A stretch of DNA of 64,000 nt, taken from positions 2,624,001-2,688,000 of the forward strand of contig OY771506.1 in assembly GCA_963674705.1 (NCBI GenBank), in the 5' to 3' direction. The position numbers and the translations under genes were made by a program. This document shows positions 12,301 through 20,695 of this stretch, piece by piece (position 1 is the first letter of the stretch; the number at the start of each line of letters is the position of its first letter). The notes below the pieces were generated by a model. The model was not told where the DNA came from and searched no databases. It saw only the letters and a program-made list of their open reading frames with translations. The DNA is from Phycisphaeraceae bacterium (GTDB taxonomy: Bacteria; Planctomycetota; Phycisphaerae; Phycisphaerales; Phycisphaeraceae).

Positions 12301-13271
12301 GGAGTGACGGAAACTTCCGTACCCGCCGGATAACCATCACCATTATTCGGCGGCAGCAGAACCAGTTCCTGAACCTTCACGCTGCCATCATCATCAATCA
12401 CAAGACGGATGCCTGTCGTCTGAATCGGATCGAACGCAAGTTGGACGACGTCTTGTTCATTGTTGGCAACTTCGGTATTCGGCACCATCTTCCATTGCTC
12501 GTTCTCCAGATATTCCAGATGGAAGTTATGCAGCGCATCATCATTTTTACCGGCATAGACGTGCGCGTAGCCAACGCTGCGATCGCTCTGGAATTTGACT
12601 TCCAGCCAATGTGGATCATCACTCGCTTCGCTGACCCATTGCGAAGCCGGATCGACAATCCCGTCGGTTGCCAGGAACGGCCGGTGATCGCCGGGCAGTT
12701 GAGAGCTTGCCGTGACGAACGGAACAAGGCCGACCTCAAGTTCAACCGCATTATCGATCGGGTAGTTATCACCCTCATTGACAGGGAATACCGCGAGTTC
12801 CGCCACACTGATCGGCCCATCATCATCGCAGACAAGCCGGACGCGATCTGTCGTGACGGGCTTATCGAATGAGATACGGAGTTGTGTCTTGGCGTTGTTT
12901 TCGATCTTTGCACCCGGGATGGTCTGCCAGTCGTCGCCGTCTCGGTATTCAAGCGAGAAGTTGGCGACCGCATCTTTGCCGAAGTTACCGGTGAAGACAT
13001 GGGCGCTACCGATCTCGAATCGCCCCGGAAGTTCGACTTCAAGCCAGTGGGGGCCTTGCTTGCTGACCCATCGTGAAATCGGGCTGACCATCCCGTCGGT
13101 AGCAAGATCGGCAGGGTAGTCGGCCTGCTGTCCGCTGGCTGTGGTCGGCATGTAGCGCGTGAGGTTCATGCCTTGCGCGCAGGCGTGATCGATAGTCAGC
13201 AACAGTGTCAAGAGCAGGGCCACGCACAGGCCGAGGGCGGTGCAGCATGGATGAACGCTTCGCTTGGTCAT
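9378..13271 (-). CDS. Secreted multimodular glycoside hydrolase, GH128-like beta-1,3-glucanase, with 2x discoidin/CBM32, ricin-B/CBM13, Fn3 and carbohydrate-binding modules
   Basis: Signal peptide. YNWG, PMLWG, GFNEPD, HYY and PIWLTEW GH128 motifs. LATDG..SRW..PHWLEV discoidin repeats. QxW ricin motifs. Fn3 YYYVVRSVDMAGNKS. Confidence 0.85.
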   Translation of the reverse strand: MTKRSVHPCCTALGLCVALLLTLLLTIDHACAQGMNLTRYMPTTASGQQADYPADLATDGMVSPISRWVSKQGPHWLEVELPGRFEIGSAHVFTGNFGKDAVANFSLEYRDGDDWQTIPGAKIENNAKTQLRISFDKPVTTDRVRLVCDDDGPISVAELAVFPVNEGDNYPIDNAVELEVGLVPFVTASSQLPGDHRPFLATDGIVDPASQWVSEASDDPHWLEVKFQSDRSVGYAHVYAGKNDDALHNFHLEYLENEQWKMVPNTEVANNEQDVVQLAFDPIQTTGIRLVIDDDGSVKVQELVLLPPNNGDGYPAGTEVSVTPPSQTRYSTFDDDLYLITQPKSGKIISFSDDKLVLDASQGKENQQYHLLNLIGTDYYRIVNRGTNQCLEVADASMKSGAAIREGKYHALDYQLWTIKDADNELKQLVNVHSGLALAVDGSGKRLVQKPVKKDKKNTWKIVYYNHYPKKGLAEQGAGPHINSMRAASVYNWGLEPAGDNPPNLQHQPMLWGNNHWEQMALRQAEWYSTAEPVYLMGFNEPDHTDQSDLSVQRTLQMWSALEAIDLPLASLCPSNWNNGWANQWFTPAEQNHYRFDITAVHYYITSGPFANQFMNHVRGAYDRYHKPIWLTEWNIVNWGGPAPWTDEQVYTWMSEVVYRMENAEHIDRYFFFPFAVDWPNGKPGAPWEIDRLTLRPLGRLYGAWDADTGIHPGMWYYLHNKASNQRLNVTDGEPGMTTITDIHPDTNWYLVHAGSERYYIVSRDGDKRLGVKGDAPAMFPKDARGRSVEWVFTPHEHGWFFLENPASGKRLCFNQRDEQLTLATPGEPSADVQWRVIKPYLPGAEVGETDNMAPDAPFWLRAREAEGIVRLDWKSTGPESDFDHYEIHRSTKEGGPYELIADGVKTFTYSDSTVEKQTRYYYVVRSVDMAGNKSAFSNEETAFPANWVRVSSRDDAIEYSGEWRTDPRDRWLEYVSQTPGSEASLTFTGRGIRYYGFIRDTMGILEVSLDGKPVAEVDAYHGSLRRHMRLFEATDLSDGEHTITVKLTGRKNPKAFDARGIIDVFEVLSDEPDKTPPAAPGGVAVETDLDQIKVTWTGSNEIDLAGYDVFRAVENDDVFNAVATGITDTQYIDKDVEVGKHYTYAITSRDAAGNRSEMTPFITTSPGKWIKVDDTDKSVVYEGTWGTYTQNPSYNYSEHYSESKDATATFTFTGSQIRYFGYQRNDLGKVDILLDGKLVHTADCFSDYTGYDTLVYESEELPHGEHTLMIRVRGDKHDRSSGTEIIVDAFEYKTTK

Positions 13272-13532
13272 AATTTCCTCACAAGTAATCCTGGATTCCT
13301 GATCGACGATCAAAAATGTAAAGTGTCGCCTTGTCGCTTCTTTTTAAGGCCAAAACGAAGCAACCGCGCGTATGATATCAGACGAAGTTTGCATCGGGAC
13401 ACCCGAATCGATGTAATAGGTATTTACATTGCTCCATCAGCCCCCATGATCTGATCCTGCAATGTGGGCGTGTAACCTGATCGGTCTTTTCAAGTAAACA
13501 GCACGGCAAACATAATGAAGGAAGGCATCATC

Positions 13533-14009
13533 ATGCGGAGATTCAATGGCTGGACAAAGACATGCGTTGTCTGTCTCGTGACGTGTCTGGGGCTGACGAT
13601 AACGGGTTGCTCGAAAGAAGAAAACAAAACGCCGCAAGACACGGTTAAAAATGCGACTGTGAAGGTAGATGTCTACCACCTGCGAGGCCGGCTCGTTTCG
13701 CTGCCCGATCCCGACAACCCGGCAAGCGAGTTGAAGATCCATCACGAAGCGATCGACGACTTCAAGATGGGCGATGGCGAAGCCGCGCCGATGAATTCAA
13801 TGACGATGCCTTTCACGCCCGGCGAAGATGTTTCATTTGATGATTTAGCGGTAGGTGATGCGGTCGAGTTCACGTTTGAAATGCAGTGGGAGCCCGCCGC
13901 CGAGATGCGCGCCGTTGACTTCAAGAAGCTGCCCGCCGACACGCAACTATCTTTCGAGAATAAAGACGACGAAGCCGGTGATGATCAGCACATGCATGGC
14001 GGACATTAA
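13533..14009 (+). CDS. CusF-like copper-binding lipoprotein
   Basis: Lipobox ITGC; IHHEAI...MNSMTMPF; His/Met-rich tail. Confidence 0.75.
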   Translation: MRRFNGWTKTCVVCLVTCLGLTITGCSKEENKTPQDTVKNATVKVDVYHLRGRLVSLPDPDNPASELKIHHEAIDDFKMGDGEAAPMNSMTMPFTPGEDVSFDDLAVGDAVEFTFEMQWEPAAEMRAVDFKKLPADTQLSFENKDDEAGDDQHMHGGH

Positions 14010-14021
14010 GCCCGGCGCGTT

Positions 14022-15080
14022 TTAAAACCCATGCGTCGCCGACAGCATCAGGGCGCCGAAGCTGTGGTAGCCGTCCTGATCTTCGAACTGGCTGGTAATG
14101 AAAGTCTGCGAGTAATTGGCTTGCAGGTCCCAGCCCTTGAATCGGCCGTAAACCGCGAAACCTGCCTGGGCCTCGCCCACAAGCGGCTCGGTATCGACGC
14201 TGTGGCTGTCCTTGTAGGTATTGCCTTCCAGGAAAAGGTCGTGCTCAACCACGCGGCCTGAAACACGAACGAAAGCATACGCGCCGCCCTGTTCTGACTG
14301 TATTACTGTGGCGTCGGCAACATCTTCAAGCCGGCCCGGGCCGAAGTCGTCGGGCATATGGACGCCGACGCGGTAGGTCGCGCCGAGCGCGATGTTACGG
14401 TACACCGTACCAAGCGCCAGGTCTGCCTGGCTGATGATCTGCTGATCCAACGTGTGATTCCAAAGCTCAAGCGTGCTCATCTCATGCCGCCACTTGCGAC
14501 GAAGCGAAAGCTGAGCCGTGAATTCATCGTGCAGTTGATTGTCCCAGCCACGCGGTTCATCCGCACGGAATGTGCTATGGATGCTGTATTGGAAGTGGTC
14601 TGCCTGTGATGCCGGGCCGGTCGTACCTAGATCGAGTTGGATGTGATCGAAAGTGTTATCATTCGATCGCTGAAGGTACATCCCGCCGAACAGGTACCCG
14701 GCGTAAGGCCGATCATCGTCGAGCAGCCTGCGGGCTCTTATGTTTTCAGGTGTAAAAAACTGTTGAGCGAAGATATAGCCGGCCGCCGTATCGTCAAATA
14801 CTTCACCCAACGTAACCGTGTCGGCAAAACCATCAGCCCAGTCAGGCTGATGGGCAATCGTTGCCGCCAATCCGTTTGTGTAGTAGCGATCGGTAGCACG
14901 GTTGGGCTTCAGAAATGAACTGTCGTTCTCCCAGTACACCGCGAACGTAAACGGATGAGTTTGCTCGGTCTGTTCATCAAACGCTGTTGTATCCTGACTC
15001 TCCGCTTGCAACGCAGGCTGACCGACGCCGATCATCAAGCCAAAACAACTCATGATCGCAACGATTGTGTTGGTTCTCAT
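14022..15080 (-). CDS. lpxR: Lipid A deacylase LpxR family outer-membrane protein (DUF2219)
   Basis: WEND...DRYYTNG, FTP, DRPYAGYL, GWDNQL and C-terminal Phe. Confidence 0.85.
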   Translation of the reverse strand: MRTNTIVAIMSCFGLMIGVGQPALQAESQDTTAFDEQTEQTHPFTFAVYWENDSSFLKPNRATDRYYTNGLAATIAHQPDWADGFADTVTLGEVFDDTAAGYIFAQQFFTPENIRARRLLDDDRPYAGYLFGGMYLQRSNDNTFDHIQLDLGTTGPASQADHFQYSIHSTFRADEPRGWDNQLHDEFTAQLSLRRKWRHEMSTLELWNHTLDQQIISQADLALGTVYRNIALGATYRVGVHMPDDFGPGRLEDVADATVIQSEQGGAYAFVRVSGRVVEHDLFLEGNTYKDSHSVDTEPLVGEAQAGFAVYGRFKGWDLQANYSQTFITSQFEDQDGYHSFGALMLSATHGF

Positions 15081-15166
15081 CGGTTTTACACCACACAAGA
15101 CGCACAGGCGTCTGGTTACATTCAGGGTATTCAGTCACGGCAAGTCTTACTGTATCAGATTGTGAC

Positions 15167-15814
15167 TCAACCGGGTTGCCGTGCCACTGTTGCCATCTCA
15201 GTATCCGCCAGTGATCGGGGTTCATGATTGTGAGATTTGACGTATTGGATCAGTTGGGGGAAGAACTCATCAAAGTCATCCGCAAGCGCTTCGTTTAGTT
15301 CGGGTAGATCATCCACCGCACTCACCAGGTCGACCGGCCTACCCAGACGCTCCGAGAATCGTCCGGACATCATCCCGAGCACAACCGCCATCCCCTCCGC
15401 CGTGGCATAACACCGAAGCCAGCCTTGCTCGATCAGCCTGCCGATGATCGGCCGCATCGGCTCGGGCATCAGGTCGTAGTGCTGAGCCAACTCGTCATGA
15501 ACCAGGTCGATAAACGTATCCAACGGCTCGTCATGGTAACGCTCCCACGAACGTGCCAGTATGTGGTCATAAAACAGGTCTGTCAGGATGCCGCTGAATC
15601 GGCCGTGACGCTCACGAAAACGGCCGCGGCTGCGCAGGAACACGGGGTGGGTATCGGTGAACGCATCAATACGTTTGTGGTTTTTCGCCCCTGCCACAAC
15701 AACGGGATGAAGCCCGTCCGACAACGGCCCCGGGGCCATGTCAGGCAGCAGGTTCCCGATCCGCGAAGCGGCAGTCGGTTCGGCTAAATACAGGTGGGCA
15801 AGAAAGTTCACCAT
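15167..15814 (-). CDS. acpH: Acyl carrier protein phosphodiesterase
   Basis: NFLAHLYLA, GNLLPD, HKRIDAFTDTHP and DLFYDHILA. Confidence 0.9.
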   Translation of the reverse strand: MVNFLAHLYLAEPTAASRIGNLLPDMAPGPLSDGLHPVVVAGAKNHKRIDAFTDTHPVFLRSRGRFRERHGRFSGILTDLFYDHILARSWERYHDEPLDTFIDLVHDELAQHYDLMPEPMRPIIGRLIEQGWLRCYATAEGMAVVLGMMSGRFSERLGRPVDLVSAVDDLPELNEALADDFDEFFPQLIQYVKSHNHEPRSLADTEMATVARQPG

Positions 15815-15972
15815 GGGAGTGTGGCGAAGCTAGGCGGGGATTGCAAACATGGTTGGTGCTGGAACACTGTCAAGCCAACTGTAGCGGGTGCCCTGTTTTG
15901 ACCGCGCAGCGGCAAAGCAGGTAAAGCAGCTCTACGGAATCAAGACGGCTCGCAGCGGTTTATACTTTATGG

Positions 15973-16653
15973 ATGCATGGAGAGACAGAGATCAGCAAGG
16001 CGCCACGGATCAGTTGGGGGATCGCGCATGCCCTGTTGGTATTGCTTGCCGGCTTGCTTTACACCCAGGCGGGGTCGCAGTGGTGGGGCGGTTTTTGGGG
16101 TATCGAGCGCGCGGGTGATGAGTTGCGCCGGCTTGTGCTCTGGTTATTCGGAGTAACGCTCTGGCTGCGGATGACCTTCACCGGGCTGTACTTGCTGCGT
16201 CGGCGTTTTGGTTGGGATGAGTTCTGGCCGGTGCTTTTCGCTTCCGCGATCTATCAGCTTGGATTTGCCTTGCTGGGCACGACTGATCCCAAACCCTTAG
16301 GTATGCTCGATGCACTGGGTATCGGTTTGTACTTGTTGGGCAGTTTCCTGAATACTTATTCAGAGTTGCAGCGCAAGCGGTTCAAGGATCGGCCGGAAAA
16401 TCAGGGCAGGCTGTTTGTCGGGGGATTGTTCAGCCGAATCCGCCATGTCAATTACCTGGGCGATTCGCTTTGGGCGCTTGGCTGGGCGATCCTGACCGGC
16501 AGCGTGTGGGCCCTGATCGTACCCCTGCTGTTGACCGTCGGCTTTATCTTCTACTTCATCCCCACACTCTCCAAACACCTGCAATCCAAATACGGCGAAC
16601 CCTACAAACAGTGGGTAAAACGCTCTTGGGCCCTCATCCCATTTATCTATTGA
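15973..16653 (+). CDS. DUF1295 / steroid 5-alpha-reductase-like membrane protein
   Basis: Multiple TM helices; ELQRKRFK, GGLFSRIRHVNYLGD and KYGEPY...LIPFIY. Confidence 0.85.
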   Translation: MHGETEISKAPRISWGIAHALLVLLAGLLYTQAGSQWWGGFWGIERAGDELRRLVLWLFGVTLWLRMTFTGLYLLRRRFGWDEFWPVLFASAIYQLGFALLGTTDPKPLGMLDALGIGLYLLGSFLNTYSELQRKRFKDRPENQGRLFVGGLFSRIRHVNYLGDSLWALGWAILTGSVWALIVPLLLTVGFIFYFIPTLSKHLQSKYGEPYKQWVKRSWALIPFIY

Positions 16654-16761
16654 GGCTTGGATTAAGAAGCACCTTGCATGTGTGCGGGGCGAACTAACGA
16701 GGCCTGAATTCGCGTTCAGACGATGTTGGGTGCGCCCGGTTAAGCATTACAAGAAGATAAG

Positions 16762-16936
16762 TAGCCACAGATGAACACGGATAAACACAGATGAAAGAGT
16801 TATCCACAGATTACGCAGATTGCGCAGATTTTCGAATACGAAAAGCGATTGAATCTTAAATCTGTGTCATCTGCGTAATCTGTGGATACTTCTTGTCTTC
16901 TTCTTATCTGTGTTTATCCGTGTTCATCTGTGGCTA
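16762..16936. repeat. Nested long inverted repeat with ~9-nt internal periodicity
   Basis: Outer arms 16762-16792 and 16906-16936 are a perfect reverse-complement pair. Inner arms at ~16801-16830 and ~16859-16888. Confidence 0.9.
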
Positions 16937-17383
16937 AATATTGTCTGATTGCAGGCTGCGCTGCGCTCGGCACGGGTCTCCCGCCCCGCCGTGGTCGCTG
17001 ACCGCAGGTCTCCCAGGTTTTCAGGCCAAGCTCTAAAGCACTCACATCAACCATTGCCCGTTTTTTTACGCCTGTGAGGGGGGGACACCAGGCGGCGCGG
17101 CTGCGAATGATGCAAATGGTTTTAAGGCGCTCGCCGGCGCGGCTCAGTGATCGGTAGCCGCGCCGACGAGGCCGAACAAGGAGCATAAAGGCTGCGACCC
17201 CTTGGCCGACTGGCGAAGAATCCGTTTCCCGCTTGCGGGCCACCCACCCTTCTCCTCCGGAACAGTCCTCCCCGGAACAGTCCTCCCCGGATTCACCGGA
17301 CCTGCCACCCGGAACCGGAACTGTCCGCAGACATGCCCCTCGGATCTGACCCCGTGTCTACTCCCGGTACAGCTCCGCCCCGC

Positions 17384-17480
17384 ACTTACCCCCGGACTTA
17401 CCCCCGGACTTACCCCCGGACTTACCCCCGGACTTACCCCCGGACTTACCCCCCGGACTTACCTCCGGATTTACCCTCGG
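17384..17480. repeat. 12-bp tandem repeat ACTTACCCCCGG, 8 copies (5 perfect, 3 variant)
   Basis: Directly visible. A 15-bp duplication CGGAACAGTCCTCCC also lies at ~17258-17287. Confidence 0.92.
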
Positions 17481-17775
17481 ATCCAGCTTCCTGATTGGCT
17501 GCACTTGGATCAATCACCCCCGATAGCTTGTCTCCGGCCCGATTTCTTAACTGTTTTGTTCCGATCTTGGCTGGCCCTCCTGGCTGTGATCCTGCCCCCG
17601 GACTTCCAATAATCCATCAAGCACTCCCCGGTGGCTGTAAGCTATTCAAATCCTTTTGGATATTGGTTTTATGATTATCTGTCCTGTTTGAGATCGCACC
17701 TGGTCCATGAGCCTGAACCGATCAATTCGCCACCCATCCTCGGGTCATTTTTTTAAAAAGACCGATCCGGCAAGA

Positions 17776-18414
17776 TCATGCGGCGATGGCCTCGCAGGCC
17801 GGGCTGTAGGTCTCGCGGGTCGGGTCGTCCAGGCTGGCCATGTGGTAGAGCTGGGCTGTGTCCTCATCCAGGCGGTCGGCCCGTTCGTCGAACCAGGTCA
17901 TCAACTCGGCAAACCGGATGCTCTCGCGGAACTGGGGCAGCCGGGCCAGTAGAAACAGGACAAAAGCGCTGGTCAGTGCCCGGTCCTGCTCGGTGCGGTC
18001 GTCGCTGTGTCTGAAGAGTCCCTCGTCATCCTGCATCGCTGAAAGGCCTACAAAGGCCCGATCCAGTGCCTCAGCCGATGGGCTCTGCATATCCGCCTGA
18101 TGTTCCCTCAGCGACGCAGCCAAGCCCGCCGCCGCAGCAGCCGTGGTCAGGGGGTCCCGGTCCACGCAGCCGGCAAATGTGCCATCAGGCAACTGGGACT
18201 GGATCAGCGTATCCACCATGGCTCGGCTGAGGGACGTCGGGCCGTAGATCAACTCACAGAGCCGACGCAGGCCCAGCCCGATGGCGGCGGCGGGCTGGCT
18301 CAGCCTTGCCTGCAACGGCAGAGGCAGGGCGGCCCCGTTCTGAGCCAGGCACCCGATCATCCGTCCGTGGTCGCCGCTATCAAAAAGCTTCTGGATGTGT
18401 GTTGCGCTGAGCAT
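17776..18414 (-). CDS. Hypothetical protein with prenyltransferase/squalene-cyclase-like (QxxDGxF) repeats
   Basis: SQLPDGTF and MQDDEGLF motifs. Strong promoter upstream and GGAG RBS. Confidence 0.6.
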   Translation of the reverse strand: MLSATHIQKLFDSGDHGRMIGCLAQNGAALPLPLQARLSQPAAAIGLGLRRLCELIYGPTSLSRAMVDTLIQSQLPDGTFAGCVDRDPLTTAAAAAGLAASLREHQADMQSPSAEALDRAFVGLSAMQDDEGLFRHSDDRTEQDRALTSAFVLFLLARLPQFRESIRFAELMTWFDERADRLDEDTAQLYHMASLDDPTRETYSPACEAIAA

Positions 18415-18453
18415 ATCGGTCTCCGTTGTTGAATACGGTCTTTGTTAGGACCT

Positions 18454-18482
18454 AATATATGCCGAACAAGCGGGCGTGTCAA
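18454..18482 (-). promoter_or_regulatory. sigma70-type promoter
   Basis: TTGACA-17bp-TATATT about 40 bp upstream of the 18414 start. Confidence 0.7.
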
Positions 18483-18646
18483 GCATTTTGTTGGGGTAAA
18501 GTTTGGGTTTGTTCGGTAGGTGAAATCCCGTCCGTCCGCCGTTTCCAACAGGTCCGATAGTTGCCGTGACACTCAGAGCGAGCCGTGCCCGGCCGGGCGA
18601 GAGAAGCCTGTCAATGGAAGGGGAGTATGGCTCGGTAAGGCGCAAG

Positions 18647-18687
18647 AAAAAACCTCCGCCACAGGGCTCCGATCCTGTGGGCGGAGG
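18647..18687 (-). terminator. Rho-independent terminator
   Basis: CCTCCGCCCACAGG...CCTGTGGCGGAGG stem followed by TTTTTT on the minus strand. Confidence 0.75.
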
Positions 18688-18983
18688 CGCGCCACGGCTA
18701 ACGGTTGAAAGCGTCAGACCGATCAATTTACCATCCGGCTCTTATCGTATCGGTTGGATTCGGCCTGTGTCAACGAAGGTTGTTGAGAAACGGTGGATTG
18801 TGTAAATCATTGATAAATAATCACATAATAATTTGACTCAGAATTGATACACCCGCTCGACACCTGTAACTTGCCTAGCGGAGCGAGTTTGTGATTGGCC
18901 GCTTAGAAACTGCGGTTTGTCAGAAATTTCTTATTTCGCATTACCGGTCCGGGTTCAACTGACCGCTGAACAAGCCGCCCTGT

Positions 18984-20537
18984 TCAAGCCTTATCGGTCC
19001 GTCGATGGCGAGCGAATCCCGCCCCCAACACGACCGCCAGACAGCACAGACTGCTCGGTTCAGGCACCTGCAAATCCGCGCCCGTCGGCGTCCCGTTGTT
19101 CCAATTACTCAGCACGATGTCCAGGTCATCCAATCCAACGAAGTTATCGCCGGTCGGATCGGCCGAAGGATCCATCTCAGGTGCAGAAAGGTTCCAATTG
19201 TTGAGCACCAGATCAAGATCATCTAATCCAACGAAACCATCACCGTTCAGATCACCCTCGGGGATCGAGATGATCGGTTCCAGCAACACGAACTGCAATG
19301 CCGTCAGCATCGGCGACTTAAGGATCGCAGCGATGTAACCGTCATCATTGATTGCATTGGCTTGTCTTAAGTCACTTGAGATGCTCCAGTCGATCAATTC
19401 ATCCAGGAACCGCATCCCCGAAACGCTGTCGTAAATAAAACCTCTGCGATCGGAACCCTCGTAATACGCGCCGACTGTTGTGCCGTGGTTGTTGATATCA
19501 AAAAGAAATGTCTTGCCCGTGACGGACCCGATCCCCGCCGCATTGCCGTGAAAACGCACGACCTCCTCCGAGCTTTCGTTGGATTCAAAGTAGCCGTTGC
19601 TGTTCGCATCGTCCCAATCGAAAGCGTTGTCGCCGTCAAGGTCGGTCCAGATGAATGCGACTTCGTTGTTGTTCTCGTTGCGCATCGTCCCGCAGACCTG
19701 TCCCAACTCATTGATGCCATACGCGGCACTGATGCTGCTGACCGCACTCATCGCCGGAACCTGCGTGATCTCGATCGCTTCAGCAGACCCGCTTGCATCC
19801 AGGTCTCGCCAGATATAGCCCGCATCCGATGTCTGGAAGATCACATCCCCCGCATCGTTGATCTTGGCGCTGAATACGCTCCCGCTGATGTACACGCGCG
19901 GCGCGGTTTCCGTCACGACGCCATCATTCAAACTAAGTGACGCCATATATAACCCGCTGTCGCCATCGATCAGTACCTGGCCGTTGTTGTTCACCGCGAT
20001 AGCAGACCCATAGCTCGCACCGGGATTCAATGCCAGCTCGTGCATTTCCCCGGCCGTTCGTGCGTTGTTGCCATCATCATCAAACCAAAGAAATGGCCGA
20101 TTATCACTGTCTTCAGTCGCGGTAGTCGTACTGCTTATGCCCACGACCCAGCCCAGATCGTTCAACCCCATGCCCTTGCTGATGTCATTGCGCGGCGACA
20201 CCGATTGATCCGCATAATCACCTGTCAGATCACCCAGATTCGCGACCGTTTGCCCAACCGGATCATAGAAGAACGGACGGGCATCCTGCCATAACTCGTC
20301 GATTCCTGCATCTCCCGTCCCGGTCATCTGGCCCGAAGCATTGATCGCACCAATACTCGGCCGACTCAGCGACAGGGCGGGGCGGCCCTGTGAGATGTCA
20401 TACGCGGGCTGGTCGGCATTGAATAACAACAGGGTGTTGTATTCAATATCAGCACAAGCCGGGTTCACAAACGACACACAGCCGATACCCAAACCCCAGA
20501 CGACCATGACGCGCGGTTGTAGATACTTGCCCCACAT
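18984..20537 (-). CDS. PEP-CTERM protein with HAF-type propeller repeats and a dockerin-like domain
   Basis: AINxxGQVxG repeats, GDLNGDGFVGLDDLD twice, VPEP-TM-RHRR. Confidence 0.88.
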   Translation of the reverse strand: MWGKYLQPRVMVVWGLGIGCVSFVNPACADIEYNTLLLFNADQPAYDISQGRPALSLSRPSIGAINASGQMTGTGDAGIDELWQDARPFFYDPVGQTVANLGDLTGDYADQSVSPRNDISKGMGLNDLGWVVGISSTTTATEDSDNRPFLWFDDDGNNARTAGEMHELALNPGASYGSAIAVNNNGQVLIDGDSGLYMASLSLNDGVVTETAPRVYISGSVFSAKINDAGDVIFQTSDAGYIWRDLDASGSAEAIEITQVPAMSAVSSISAAYGINELGQVCGTMRNENNNEVAFIWTDLDGDNAFDWDDANSNGYFESNESSEEVVRFHGNAAGIGSVTGKTFLFDINNHGTTVGAYYEGSDRRGFIYDSVSGMRFLDELIDWSISSDLRQANAINDDGYIAAILKSPMLTALQFVLLEPIISIPEGDLNGDGFVGLDDLDLVLNNWNLSAPEMDPSADPTGDNFVGLDDLDIVLSNWNNGTPTGADLQVPEPSSLCCLAVVLGAGFARHRRTDKA

Positions 20538-20634
20538 GGATTGGCATTGTAGTGAACACGCTCTTGTTTCTGAACCTTTTTTTTACAAATTAACAGGGAA
20601 TTCTCCTCAAACCTCATAGATATATCCGCGCATG

Positions 20635-20663
20635 AAAAAGGCCCGCCACGATCTGGCGAGCCT
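20635..20663 (-). terminator. Rho-independent terminator
   Basis: GC stem plus U-tract downstream of the OmpA-family gene. Confidence 0.6.
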
Positions 20664-20695
20664 GGGTGGTCTGGGTGGTTTTCCAGCAATCGCGA

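Noticed and set aside
17384..17480. Possible CRISPR array or RNase P RNA (minus strand GGAGGTAAGTCCGGG resembles the P4 motif)
   Set aside because: The repeats are contiguous with no spacers and no cas genes are present. The complementary 3' RNase P motif was not found.
17202..17612. 136-aa ORF with (LTPG)n repeats
   Set aside because: It is the translation of the tandem repeat, has a TTG start, and a 13-bp unit breaks the repeat frame.
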